DNA of 64,000 nucleotides from Octopus vulgaris (lineage: Eukaryota): NCBI GenBank assembly GCA_951406725.2, contig OX597827.1:186001-250000 (forward strand), given 5' to 3'. Under the pieces are notes generated by a model. That model saw only the letters and a program-made list of their open reading frames with translations, was not told the origin of the DNA and did not search any database. Both the position numbers and the translations under genes were made by a program. Numbering within the stretch: the stretch's first letter is position 1; every line of letters begins with the position of its first letter. This document shows, one piece after another, positions 11,895 through 24,179 of the stretch.

Positions 11895-14800
11895 AAGAGC
11901 CAACGGAAAACGTCGAGATGGGTGATAAAGTGTATTTCAGAAAAGAAGAGCCAACGGAAAACGCCGAGATAGGTGATAAAGTGTATTTCAGAAAAGAAGA
12001 GCCGACGGAAAACGCCGAGATGGGTGATAAAGTGCATTTCAGAAACGAAGAGCCAACGGAAAACCCCGAGATAGGGGATAAAGTGCATTTCAGAAACGAA
12101 GAGCCAACGGAAAACGCCGAGATGGGTGATAAAGTGCATTTCAGAAACGAAGAGCCAACGGAAAACGCCGAGATTGGTGATAAAGTGCATTTCAGAAACG
12201 AAGAGCCAACGGAAAACGTCGAGATGGGTGATAAAGTGCATTTCAGAAACGAAGAGCCAACGGAAAACGTCGAGATTGGTGATAAAGTGCATTTCAGAAA
12301 CGAAGAGCCAACGGAAAACGTCGAGATAGGTGATAAAATGCATTTCAGAAACGAAGAGCCAACGGAAAACGTCGAGATGGGTGATAAAGTGCATTTCAGA
12401 AACGAAGAGCCAACGGAAAACGCCGAGATGGGTGATAAAGTGCATTTCAGAAACGAAGAGCCAACGGAAAACGCCGAGATGGGTGATAAAGTGCATTTCA
12501 GAAACGAAGAGCCAACGGAAAACGCCGAGATGGGTGATAAAGTGCATTTCAGAAACGAAGAGCCAACGGAAAACGCCGAGATGGGTGATAAAGTGCATTT
12601 CAGAAACGAAGAGCCAACGGAAAACGTCGAGATGGGTGATAAAGTGCATTTCAGAAACGAAGAGCCAACGGAAAACGCCGAGATAGGTGATAAAGTGCAT
12701 TTCAGAAACGAAGAGCCAACGGAAAACGCCGAAATGGGTGATAAAGTGCATTTCAGAAACGAAGAGCCAACGGAAAACGCCGAGATAGGTGATAAAGTGC
12801 ATTTCAGAAACGAAGAGCCAACGGAAAACGTCGAGATGGGTGATAAAGTGCATTTCAGAAACGAAGAGCCAACGGAAAACGCCGAGATGGGTGATAAAGT
12901 GCATTTCAGAAACGAAGAGCCAACGGAAAACGCCGAGATAGGTGATAAAGAGCATTTCAGAAACGAAGAGCCAACGGAAAATTCCGAGATGGGTGATAAA
13001 GTGCATTTCAGAAACGAAGAGCCAACGGAAAACGCCGAGATAGGTGATAAAGTGCATTTCAGAAACGAAGAGCCAACGGAAAACGCCGAGATAGGTGATA
13101 AAGTGCATTTCAGAAACGAAATGCCAACGGAAAACGCCGAGATAGGTGATAAAGTGTATTTCAGAAGCGAAGAGCCAACGGAAAACGTCGAGATGGGTGA
13201 TGAAGTGCATTTCAGAAACGAAGAGCCAACGGAAAACGCCGAGATAGGTGATAAAGTGCATTTCAGAAACGAAGAGCCCACGGAAAACGTTGAGATAGGT
13301 GATAAAGTGCATTTCAGAAACGAAGAGCCAACGGAAAACGTCGAGATAGGTGATAAAGTGAATTTCAGAAACGAAGAGCCAACGGAAAACGTCGAGATGG
13401 GTGATAAAGTGCATTTCAGAAACGAAGAGCCAACGGAAAACGCCGAGATGGGTGATAAAGTGCATTTCAGAAACGAAGAGCCAACGGAAAACGCCGAGAT
13501 GGGTGATAAAGTGCATTTCAGAAACGAAGAGCCAACGGAAAACGCCGAGATGGGTGATAAAGTGCATTTCAGAAACGAAGAGCCAACGGAAAACGCCGAG
13601 ATGGATGATAAAGTGCATTTCAGAAACGAAGAGCCAACGGAAAACGCCGAGATGAGTGATAAAGTGCATTTCAGAAACGAAGAGCCAACGGAAAACGCCG
13701 AGATAGGTGATAAAGTGCATTTCAGAAACGAAGAGCCAACGGAAAACGCCGAGATAGGTGATAAAGTGCATTTCAGAAACGAAGAGCCAACGGAAAACGC
13801 CGAGATGGGTGATAAAGTGCATTTCAGAAACGAAGAGCCAACGGAAAACGTCGAGATGGGTGATAAAGTGCATTTCAGAAACGAAGAGCCAACGGAAAAC
13901 GCCGAGATGGGTGATAAAGTGCATTTCAGAAACGAAGAGCCAACGAGAAAACGCCGAGATGGGTGATAAAGTGCATTTCAGAAACGAAGAGCCAACTTAA
14001 ACGAAGAGCCAACGGAAAACGCCGAGATGGGTGATAAAGTGCATTTCAGAAACGAAGAGCCAACGGAAAACGCCGAGATAGGTGATAAAGTGCATTTTAG
14101 AAACGAAGAGCCAACGGAAAACGCCGAGATGGGTGATAAAGTGCATTTCAGAAACGAAGACCAACGGAAAACGCCGAGATGGGTGATAAAGTGCATTTCG
14201 GAAAACGTGAAGAAACCAACGGAAAACGCCGAGATGGGTGATAAAGTGCATTTCAGAAACGAAGAGCCAACGGAAAACGCCGAGATGGGTGATAAAGTGC
14301 ATTTCAGAAACGAAGAGCCAACGGAAAACGCCGAGATGGGTGATAAAGTGCATTTCAGAAACATTTCAAAGAAAGAGCCAACGGAAAACGTCGAGATGGG
14401 TGATAAAGAGCATTTCAGAAACAAAGAGCCAACGGAAAACGCCGAGATGGGTGATAAAGTGCATTTCAGAAACGAAGAGCCAACGGAAAACGCCGAGATG
14501 GGTGATAAAGTGCATTTCAGAAACGAAGAGCCAACGGAAAACGCCGAGATGGGTGATAAAGTGCATTTCAGAAACGAAGAGCCAACGAGATAGGTGATAA
14601 AGTGAGAAACGAAGAGCCAACGAAAACGCCGATGATAAAGGTGATAACGGAAAACGCCGAGATGGGTGTGCATTTCAGAAACGAAGAGCCAACGGAAAAC
14701 GCCGAGATGGGTGATAAAGTGCATTTCAACGGAAAACGCCGAGACGCGAGATGTGATAAAGTGCATTTCAGAAACGAAGAGCCAACGGAAAACGCCGAGA

Positions 14801-15806
14801 TGGGTGATAAAGTGCATTTCAGAAACGAAGAGCCAACGGAAAACGCCGAGATGGGTGATAAAGTGCATTTCAGAAACGAAGAGCCAACGGAAAACGCCGA
14901 GATAGGTGATAAAGTGCATTTCAGAAACGAAGAGCCAACGGAAAACGCCGAGATGGGTGATAAAGTGCATTTCAGAAACGAAGAGCCAACGGAAAACGCC
15001 GAGATGGGTGATAAAGTGCATTTTAGAAACGAAGAGCCAACGGAAAACGCCGAGATGGGTGATAAAGTGCATTTCAGAAACGAAGAGCCAACGGAAAACG
15101 CCGAGATGGGTGATAAAGTGCATTTCAGAAACGAAGAGCCAACGGAAAACGCCGAGATAGGTGATAAAGTGCATTTCAGAAACGAAGAGCCAACGGAAAA
15201 CGCCGAGATCAGAAACGAAGAGGTGATAAAGTGCATTTCAGAAACGAAGAGCCAACGGAAAACGCCGAGATGGGTGATAAAGTGCATTTCAGAAACGAAG
15301 AGCCAACGGAAAACGCCGAGATGGGTGATAAAGTGCATTTCAGAAACGAAGAGCCAACGGAAAACGCCGAGATGGGTGATAAAGTGCATTTCAGAAACGA
15401 AGAGCCAACGGAAAACGCCGAGATGGGTGATAAAGTGCATTTCAGAAACGAAGAGCCAACGGAAAACGCCGAGATAGGTGATAAAGTGCATTTCAGAAAC
15501 GAAGAGCCAACGGAAAACGCCGAGATGGGTGATAAAGTGCATTTCAGAAACGAAGAGCCAACGGAAAACGCCGAGATGGGTGATAAAGTGCATTTCAGAA
15601 ACGAAGAGCCAACGGAAAACGCCGAGATGGGTGATAAAGTGCATTTCAGAAACGAAGAGCCAACGGAAAACGCCGAGATGGGTGATAAAGTGCATTTCAG
15701 AAACGAAGAGCCAACGGAAAACGCCGAGATGGGTGATAAAGTGCATTTCAGAAACGATGAGCCAACGGAAAATGCCGAGATAGGTGATAAAGTGCATTTC
15801 AGAAAG
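11895..15806 (+). repeat. 51-bp tandem repeat, about 75-77 copies, inside the integrase C-terminal coding region
   Basis: Unit GAAGAGCCAACGGAAAACGCCGAGATGGGTGATAAAGTGCATTTCAGAAAC encodes EEPTENAEMGDKVHFRN. Confidence 0.97.
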
Positions 15807-15854
15807 GATAAAGAAGGCTGAAAAGACGGTCGTGTATTTGGAAGTAGACTCTTT

Positions 15855-16254
15855 ACTCTCTCTTTTACTTGTTTCAGTCATTTGACTGCGGCCATGCTGG
15901 AGCACCGCCTTTAGTCGAGCAATTCGATCCCCGGGACTTATTCTTTGTAAGCCCAGTACTTATTCTATCGCTCTCTTTTGCCGAACCACTAAGTGTCGGG
16001 GCGTAAACACACCAGCATCGTTTGTCAAGCAATGCTAGGGGGACAAACACACAAACACACACACATATATACATATATATACATATATACGACAGGCTTC
16101 TTTCAGTTTCCGTCTACCAAATCCACTCACAAGGCATTGGTCGGCTCGGGGCTATAGTAGAAGACACTTGCCCAAGATGCCACGCAGTGGGACTGAACCC
16201 GGATCCATGTGGTTGGTTTGCAAGCTACTTACCACACAGCCACTCCTGCGCCTA
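15855..16254 (-). mobile_element. tRNA-derived SINE (GGCGCAGGAGTGGCTGTGTGGTAAG family)
   Basis: A/B box-like head on the minus strand; homologous copies at about 20885, 21220, 47760, 47910, 51495 and 61105-62430. Confidence 0.85.
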
Positions 16255-16257
16255 TGA

Positions 16258-16469
16258 TGTATGATGTATTTGATTAAAGGGTTACTTGGTCAACATAAGA
16301 CACATACAAAACCAACTAAGGAAGAGGCATAGCCAAGATCAGGAAGAAATTCCTATGGAAGTATTCTGTGAAATATTCGATGTAGCGGTACCAAAAGTAA
16401 TTGAGTCCCGTAGAATCAGCATAAGGAAAAGAAAGCAGACTGAACACCTTGAGATAATACCCAAACGAA

Positions 16470-16475
<6 letters not shown>
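16258..16475 (+). pseudogene. Remaining integrase C-terminus of the Mag element
   Basis: MMYLIKG...HIQNQLRKR...RRISIRKRKQTEHL; continues the GDKVHFR..W..G motif across the SINE. Confidence 0.7.
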
Positions 16476-16524
<49 letters not shown>

Positions 16525-16635
16525 ATGATCACATGACTGACCAGGCAATCAGATGTTGCTACACATCGCTGGTCACAATGCGCTTCGCATTGTTCTAGCC
16601 TTCAAACGACGCCACCTCGCTGGCTAAGCGAGCAG

Positions 16636-16700
<65 letters not shown>

Positions 16701-16745
16701 AAAAATTCTTTATTCTTTTGGAATACGAAGTCTCAAAAGAGGAGA

Positions 16746-16831
16746 TGTTGTGCGAGAGTACGACGCTCCCTGGCGAGAATGGACTGGACCACTATATATA
16801 AACATTAGCAGTCTGAGTAAGTGAGTTAGTT
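16746..16831 (+). promoter_or_regulatory. U3 part of the Mag 3' LTR with TATA box and initiator-like TTAGT
   Basis: TG start after the PPT; TATATATAAA at 16793-16802; TTAGTT about 30 nt downstream. Confidence 0.75.
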
Positions 16832-17690
16832 CGTGAGTCAGGGAATGGTGGTATTGATCACTCTACTTAACGAAGAGTTGAAGATTCTGGCCAAGGTTTT
16901 AGCAGAAACGTTGGTGAAAGTTGTGGATAGTATCGTCGTGGAGGCGCAAGCCAGCACCATCCCTGGCAAGACCATACACGATAATATCCACCTTAAACGC
17001 TATACCTTAGAAAGGATAAATAGGATTCCTGTCAATCCAAAGCCATTGATAGGGGAGACCATCGGCATCTGGTGGCGGTCCTCGAGGTGGCCGGTTTTGG
17101 CCCGACATTCCGCGGCCGGATCAATGCTTTATATAGCAACATCAAGTCAGTAATTCCGGTGAACAGTTTCTTTTCAAAGCTGTTCAGTATCGATCGCTCG
17201 GTTCGTCAAGGTTGTCCACTCTCACCACTGCTGTATGTATGGCTATCGAGTCACTACTGTGGAGATTGGAGGCGACAAGTGGAGACCTGCAAGATCTAGG
17301 GTATGGAAAGTCAGTCACAACATGTACGGACGATGTCACTGTCATTGTATCCAGGGACCAGGACCTATAGAGGGTAGGTGAGGCCCTAAAGGATTACGAA
17401 GCGGTGGCAGGAGCAAGAATTAACCGGGATAAGTCGGTCGGCTTGCAGCTCGGCACCTGGAGAGGCAAGTCGATGCCGTGCAACAGCGTCGTCGGGCGCT
17501 GGACAGACGATCCGGTGAAAATACTTGGAATCTGGTTTGGTCCAGACCTCCAGATAGAGAAGAATTGGAGCGAAGTTACGGGTAGGGTGGCGTCCATAAC
17601 TCAGACCTGGTCTGGTGGAGGCTATCCCTGAAAGGGAGGACGGAGGTAGCAAATGTGTTTAGCGCACTTGTCATTACCTACCGCCTAACC
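16832..17690 (+). mobile_element. 5'-truncated L1/Tx1-clade ORF2 (RT) fragment inserted in the 3' LTR
   Basis: ITLLNEELKILAKVLA, PGKTIHDN, GFGPTF, VRQGCPLSPLLY, TDDVT, INRDKS, VKILGIWFG. Confidence 0.9.
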
Positions 17691-18119
17691 TAACGTACTC
17701 ACACACTCATACGCACATATAAAAGCACACGTACACACACAGCGACACACTCTCACACACATCACCTAACCTCAACACCACGTCCGTCTACTGCTAAACA
17801 AAAACTGTAGCGTCTGGCTTTTCAATAAAATGCATACATTAAGTATGCCACCTAGATAATAATTTTACTTGAGAGCTTCTATTGCACAGTTCAAATTGTA
17901 TTCAGCCTAAGCTGCATCGTAGCAAGCCATGTTTATATTTTCGACAAGCTGATTTGTCACTTTTGGGCCAATTTCATTTTGTATTTTTTAATAGAATATG
18001 TCTATAAAGTATTTTAAGTCCTGGATAAAAGCTGCGGTATCTGGCTTTTTAACAATACACATATGTTAAGTATGTCATATAGATAATGATTTTACTCGAG
18101 CTGCCTACTCAGTTCAAAA

Positions 18120-18540
18120 TACCTGGACCTCATCCTACCTTCCCCCAGTCACTTACCTCCCATTCCACGTCCAAGATACCAATCATACTCTCCATCTTTT
18201 GAATTCCTTTTTCTTCCCACTGAGCCCCTCCCACTAACGTGACCATGAAATCCTTCTATACTGTCATCGCCCACAATGATGACCTCCTGGCCCTTCAGTA
18301 CCTTCGCAACCATGGTACTGTATTCAAATCCAGCTTATCTACACTTCTTCACCTCTCTGGACTCGTTCTCCCCACCCCCCAACTGCTTCACGTTTTCAGG
18401 TGAAGTTTATCATCAGTTGTCTGGGATCGTCATGGGAGCGAGAATGAGCCTCATCGTCCCCAGCTTATTTGTTAGGCCAAAATCTCTCAATTCACTGGAC
18501 CAACCCCAAAGCTGTACAGCTGGTCTTTCGCCCCTCTCTT
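18120..18540 (+). mobile_element. Penelope-like RT relic
   Basis: HVQDTNH, KSFYTVI, NCFTFSGEVYHQLSGIVMG. Confidence 0.7.
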
Positions 18541-18559
18541 GAGATCACCTAGAGAAACT

Positions 18560-20812
18560 TCTGAAAAAGCCTGAAGTGTGTTGTTCTTGGTATTGTGGCA
18601 AAGCGACGTTCCATCTGAAACACACAAGACTACAAAAGTGATCAGTGCCTAAGCACATTCATAGTCTGCCTTTGAAAACTGTTGAAAAGTAGGCTGAGCT
18701 CTCTATCAAGTTGGACACTACTCAACACTGTTGATATCAATCATGACATAGAATCATCTTGAAAGGCTCGGCACTCTGCATCTGTAGCGGTTCTTGGTCT
18801 TCCTGTTCGTAAACATCAAGATTGGTTCAACGATAACAACACAGATGTCCAACAGTGGATAGATAAAATGCACAGCTCTCACAAAACTTGGATAAATGAT
18901 AAAGAGAATGCCTACAAGAAATGCAGAGGCCAGGTCCAACATGCTCTGAGACAGATGAAGGAAACTTGGTGGTTTTTCAAGGCTACTGAACTCCTACAGA
19001 CAGAAAGGATTCTAAAGTCTCTTATGATGGCCTCAAGAAAGTGTATGGTCCTCAAGAGCACGGTGTTACTCCTACTTTTTCATCAAATAGAGAGACACTG
19101 CATACTGACAAATCTGACATCCTGAAACGATGGAAAGATCACTTTGAAACTCCATCTCAGTCACTAAAGACGACGTCATAATGTCGGTTCCACAGCATAC
19201 TTTAATACTTGGACTGTCTCTGGAGCCAACCTTACTGGAAGTGGTAAATTCTATTAAGCAGATCTCTTCTGGTGAAACACCTGGAAGTGATGCTATCCCT
19301 CCTGAAATTTAAAAACATGGTGGACAGAAGCTTTTTTAAGAAATTGCATGACCTCTTCATAAATATTTGAAAGGTAGGCTGTGTACCTCAGGACTTCTAG
19401 GATGCCTCAATTTAACATCTGTATAAGAACAAAGGAAATAGAAGTGTCTGTGATAATCATTGTGGTATATCGCTTTTGTCTATTGCTGGTAAGATTCTTC
19501 CTCGACTTATTCTTGACAAGATCTTCAAACACGTTGTAAATATCTATTCAGAATCACAGTGCGGATTTCGCTCTGGTCGTGGCACTATCGACATGTTCTT
19601 TTCCCTTCGACAAGTCATGGAGAAGGTATGTGAGAAAAATCAAGAGTTGTTCTTGATATTCGTTGAACTTACTAAGGCCTTCGACACTTAAATAGCAAAC
19701 ACTATGGAAAGTTCTGAAAAAGCTTGGTACACCTGACAAGATGTTGAATGTTATCATCTCCTTTCATGAGAAATTGAAAGATGCTGTCGTGTCCGGTGGG
19801 GAATCTTCGGCTCCCTTTGACGTTACAAACGGCACAAAGCAAGGGTGTGCTATGGCTCCTGTTTTGTTTGCACTTTTCTTTTCTTTTCAGTGATGCTGAG
19901 GTATGCTTTTGGCGTACAAAGTGGTGTCAAATTCCACTTTCGAACAAGTGGTGGACTATTCAATCATCAGCGTTTTCAAAGCCAGAACACTGCTATGCAT
20001 CAGTATCATTCGTGATCTGCTTTTTGCGGATGATACTGCACCAGTAGCGACCTCTTTAGAGGAATCGAAAGAACATCTAAACAGTTTTCTGCTGCATGTA
20101 AAGTCTTTGGTTTGACCATCAGCATAAAGAAGACGTACTCCTAAACAAATTCGGTGTCAAGCAGAGGCCACCGGTTCACAATTTTCCTGACACTCCTATA
20201 CAGGTTGATGTGAGAAGCGTAAATTATGCTAAGTCATTTACATGTCTTGGTAGTAAAGTGAATTTGAGCGCTTCTCTTGATGATGAAATCGTCAACCGTC
20301 TTGCAAAGGCAATCAACGCATTTGGCAAACTCCGTCATCGCCTATCGAATGAAAACGGCATCAAACTTTACACCAAAGTAGGGGTCTATAAAGCAGCCGT
20401 TCTTACTACTCTCTTGTATGGCTCAGAATCGTGGACACCCTATAGACGACACATTAACCAACTAGACATCTTCCACAAAGACTGTCGGAGGACAATCTGC
20501 GGTTATTCCCTAAAAGACAAAATTTCTTATACCGACTTGTTTAGTAAGTGTAAGATTGGTGGACTTGAGAGCTTCCTTATACAATGACAATTGCGCTGGG
20601 CTGGCCATGTCGTCAGAATGAGTGACAAAAGAATACTTAAAGTCTTCATGTACAACCAGCCTGAGAGTGGAGACAGGAATGTTGGTCAACCATGGGTCAG
20701 ATATAAGGACAAGCTGAAGGGTAACCTCTTAGTGATGAAGATAGCTCACAAAACGTTTGAACGAACAGCCTTAGTACGAACAAAATGGAGATCGTTCTCA
20801 AAATGGTATTAA
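18560..20812 (+). mobile_element. RTE-clade LINE, 5'-truncated and degenerate
   Basis: SIAGKIL, SESQCGFRSGRGTIDMFFSLRQ, LTKAFD, KQGC, LLFADD, TLLYGSESWT, LRWAGHVVRM. Confidence 0.92.
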
Positions 20813-21219
20813 AAGACTATATATATGTGTGTGTGTATATACATACATACACACAGATATATATATATATATATATATACACACGACATGCTTTCACATA
20901 GTTTCCACCTGCCAAATACATTCACAAGGTACTAGTCGAACCGGTGCTATAGTAGAAAACACTTACCCGAGGTACCGTGCAGTGGGACTGAACCCAAAAT
21001 CATGTTGCAAAGTGAGCTTGTTAACTACACAGGCATGCCTCTGTGTATTCATTAAAATACATCTAATCAGAATCAAATAGTACTGACTGAAAAACTGGGA
21101 AAATAAAATGGCAGGTTTGGCAGAATCCTTAAAGCCTTAGACGCAAAAGGCTCGCATCTTTTACATTCTGAGTTCAAATCTTGCCAAGATCAACTTTGTC
21201 TTTCATCCATGTAATCTTC

Positions 21220-21429
21220 TGTCTTTTACTTGATTCAGCCATGGTGGGGCACTGCCGTCAAGAATTTTTAGTCGATTGAATCGAACCCCGTGATTGTATT
21301 TCTTAAACCTGGTACTGATTCTATCGGAATCTCTTGCCGGACCGCTAGGTTACGGGGACGTAAACTCACACCAGTTGTCAATCAGCACTGGGGGACAAAC
21401 ACAGATAAAAGACACACACACACACATAC

Positions 21430-21495
<66 letters not shown>

Positions 21496-21655
21496 GACAA
21501 ACTTCTTTCAGTTTCCGTCTACCAAATCCACTCACAAGGCTTTGGTCGGCCCGAGGTTATAATAGAAAGCACTTGCCCATGGTACTCCCCAGTGGGACCG
21601 AACCGGGAACCATAAGGTTGGGAAGTAAACTTCTTACGACACAGCTACGCCTGCA
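21220..21655 (-). mobile_element. tRNA-derived SINE with internal (TA)n
   Basis: Homologous to 15855-16254. Confidence 0.8.
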
Positions 21656-21777
21656 TCAATAAAATTAAGTCCGCTGACACTTGAGTTTAAGTCACTACTT
21701 TCACTTTCGTCAACCAGCTGCTTGTTTGATTTCATCTGGCAGCTGGTAAATATTATTATTATTATTTCACCTGTTTA

Positions 21778-22017
21778 AGGCGACGAGCTGGCAGAAGCGT
21801 TAGCACGCTGGGCGAAATGCTTAGCGGCATTTCATCTGTCTTCATGTTCTGAGTTCACATTACACCGAGGTTGACTTTACCTTTCATCCTTTCGGGGTCG
21901 ATAAATTAAGTACATGTGAAACACTGGGGTCGATGAAATTGAATATCCCACTCTCCTAAATTGCAGGCCTTTGCCTATAGTAGAAAGGATTCTTATTATC
22001 ATTATTATTATTATTAT

Positions 22018-22082
<65 letters not shown>

Positions 22083-22160
22083 TCGCAAAATTGTGGAGGG
22101 TTTAGCTCCTTGTTGTCCGGCAAAAACTGAACTCTCATACGTCGTCGTCGATGCGAGTGT

Positions 22161-22212
<52 letters not shown>

Positions 22213-22695
22213 GAAGGCGGTGAGCTGGCAGAATCGTTAGCACGTCGGGCGAAATGCGTAGCCGTATTTCGTCTGCCGTTACGTTCTGAGTTCAAATTCC
22301 GCCGAGGTCGACTTTGCCTTTCATCCTTTTGGGGTCGATAAATTAAGTACCAGTTACGCACTGGGGTCGATGTAATCGACTTAATCCGTTTGTCTGTCCT
22401 TTTTGTTCCCTCTGTGTTTAGCCCCTTGTGGGTAGTAAAGAAATGGGTATTTTGTCTGCCGCTACTTTCTGAGTTCAAATTCCACCGAGGTCGACTTTGG
22501 CTTTCATCCTTTCGGGGTCAATAAATTAGGTACTTGTGAGATACTGAGGTCGATGTAATCAACTAGTCCCCTCCCCACAAATTTCAGGCTTAGTGTCTTT
22601 GGTAGAAAGGATTCTTATCATTACTATTCAGTAGTCTTATTTTTATTACGTGCTTTCACTGCACTACCGAGCGCAACTCTGTGTGCCTTATTAGT

Positions 22696-22736
<41 letters not shown>

Positions 22737-22899
22737 TCGCTCGTCTTTATGTTCTGAGTTCAAATTCCGCCGATTCGACTTTGCCTCTCTTCCTTTCGGG
22801 GTCGATGAAATAAGTACCGTTATGCACTGGGGTCGATAAAATTGACTATCCCACTCCCGCCAAATTGCAGCTTTATGCCTATAGTAGAAAAGATTATTA

Positions 22900-22900
<1 letters not shown>
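21778..22900 (+). mobile_element. Cluster of SINEs (GGCGAGCTGGCAGAA...GAGTTCAAATTCCGCCGAGGTCGAC family) separated by (TAT)n, (TAG)n and (CAT)n
   Basis: At least four homologous copies starting near 21778, 22215, 22450 and 22740; B-box-like GTTCAAAT. Confidence 0.85.
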
Positions 22901-22965
<65 letters not shown>

Positions 22966-22970
<5 letters not shown>

Positions 22971-23313
22971 TAGTTTTATTTTTATCCCGTGCTTTCACTT
23001 CACTACCGAGCGCAGCTCTGTGTACCTTGGGTATGTGCTGTGGTTTGCTGTGATGCTCTTATGGTTACTGTATTGAAAGTGTTTTACGTAGGATGTGTGC
23101 ATTATCTAGTACTGCTATTTCCTGTATGTTATATATATTTGTAAGTCCTGGTGGTGTTTTTGTTATGTATTTGTCTGAATATTTTTTTATCATACCTAAT
23201 GCGCCCACTATGATAGGAATTGTTTCTGTTTTTAGACTCCACATTCGAGTTACCTCTATTTCCAGGTCTTTGTATTTTGAAAGTTTCTCCATTTCTTTTA
23301 GAGAAACGTTATC
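22966..23313 (-). mobile_element. 3' end of an R4/Dong-like RLE non-LTR element ending in (TAA)n
   Basis: KEMEKLSKYKDLEIEVTRMW...IPIIVGALG...AHILRK, then a 3' UTR abutting the (TAA)n tract. Confidence 0.82.
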
Positions 23314-23329
23314 TTGCATGCGTAGCGGG

Positions 23330-23845
23330 TTCGCTACCTGCAGCCTACCGTACCATGGCAATGTTCTTTTCAACTATCTAATACTTTCCTGATTATTCTG
23401 GCCGTGCCAAGAAGGTAAATCTTTTTTAACAGGGCATTCTATTCCGACTTCCATTATATTCCTCTTGGTGCCTTCTGTTACTGTCCTCAAAAAACCCAAC
23501 AATAATTGGCGCTATCTTTACCTTCGTTTTCCGGCTGTTTCGTACTTAAGAGGATTGTATATATCTTTTTTTTTTTGCCTTCCATCTTGACTGTTCAACG
23601 GTCAAAGTGGCACGAATCATCAATTATATAGCACATGTGACGCACCTTGTCCACCACCACTAGATCCAGTTTGTTATGGTCTAGCACCTGACCAGTTTCG
23701 ATTGGGAAATCCCCCAGGATTTTTCAGGTCTCCGACTCTACTACTCTCTGCAGTTTGTGCTCATACCACGTCTTGCCTCTCTCTCTAGACTCCACTTTTC
23801 GCGTAGTTTCTAAACTAGCACTTTCGCTACCTCATCGTATCAATT
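23330..23845 (-). mobile_element. Second, older R4/Dong-like RLE fragment
   Basis: Minus strand KILGDFPIETGQVLDHNKLDLVVVDK (degenerate LWDF..TD....HN.PD motif); abuts (TAA)n at 23850-23937. Confidence 0.65.
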
Positions 23846-23873
23846 AGCATTATTATTATTATTATTATTATTA

Positions 23874-23937
<64 letters not shown>

Positions 23938-24054
23938 GGCAATGAGCTGGCAGAATCGTTAGCACACTGAACAAAGTGCTTAGCAGCATTTCGTCCGCCT
24001 TTACGTTCTGAGTTCAAATTCCACCAAGGTTGACTTTGTGTTTCATCCTATCGA

Positions 24055-24137
<83 letters not shown>

Positions 24138-24179
24138 TATATATGTATGTATGTATGTATATATATATATATATATATA

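Larger units (their letters stand above)
4843..16831 (+). mobile_element. Decayed Mag-like Gypsy LTR retrotransposon with multiple nested insertions
   Basis: LTR end ...TATAACA (7037) plus PBS TGGCGACGAGGAT; gag, PR LQLDSGSD, RT YLDD, RNase H, integrase; PPT AAAAGAGGAGA (16735-16745) then TGTTGTG; a 26-nt LTR segment is shared at 4843-4868 and 16806-16831. Confidence 0.88.

Noticed and set aside
11895-15806. CRISPR array or host repeat-protein gene
   Set aside because: No unique spacers and no cas genes; it is a pure tandem repeat embedded in a retrotransposon integrase pseudogene.
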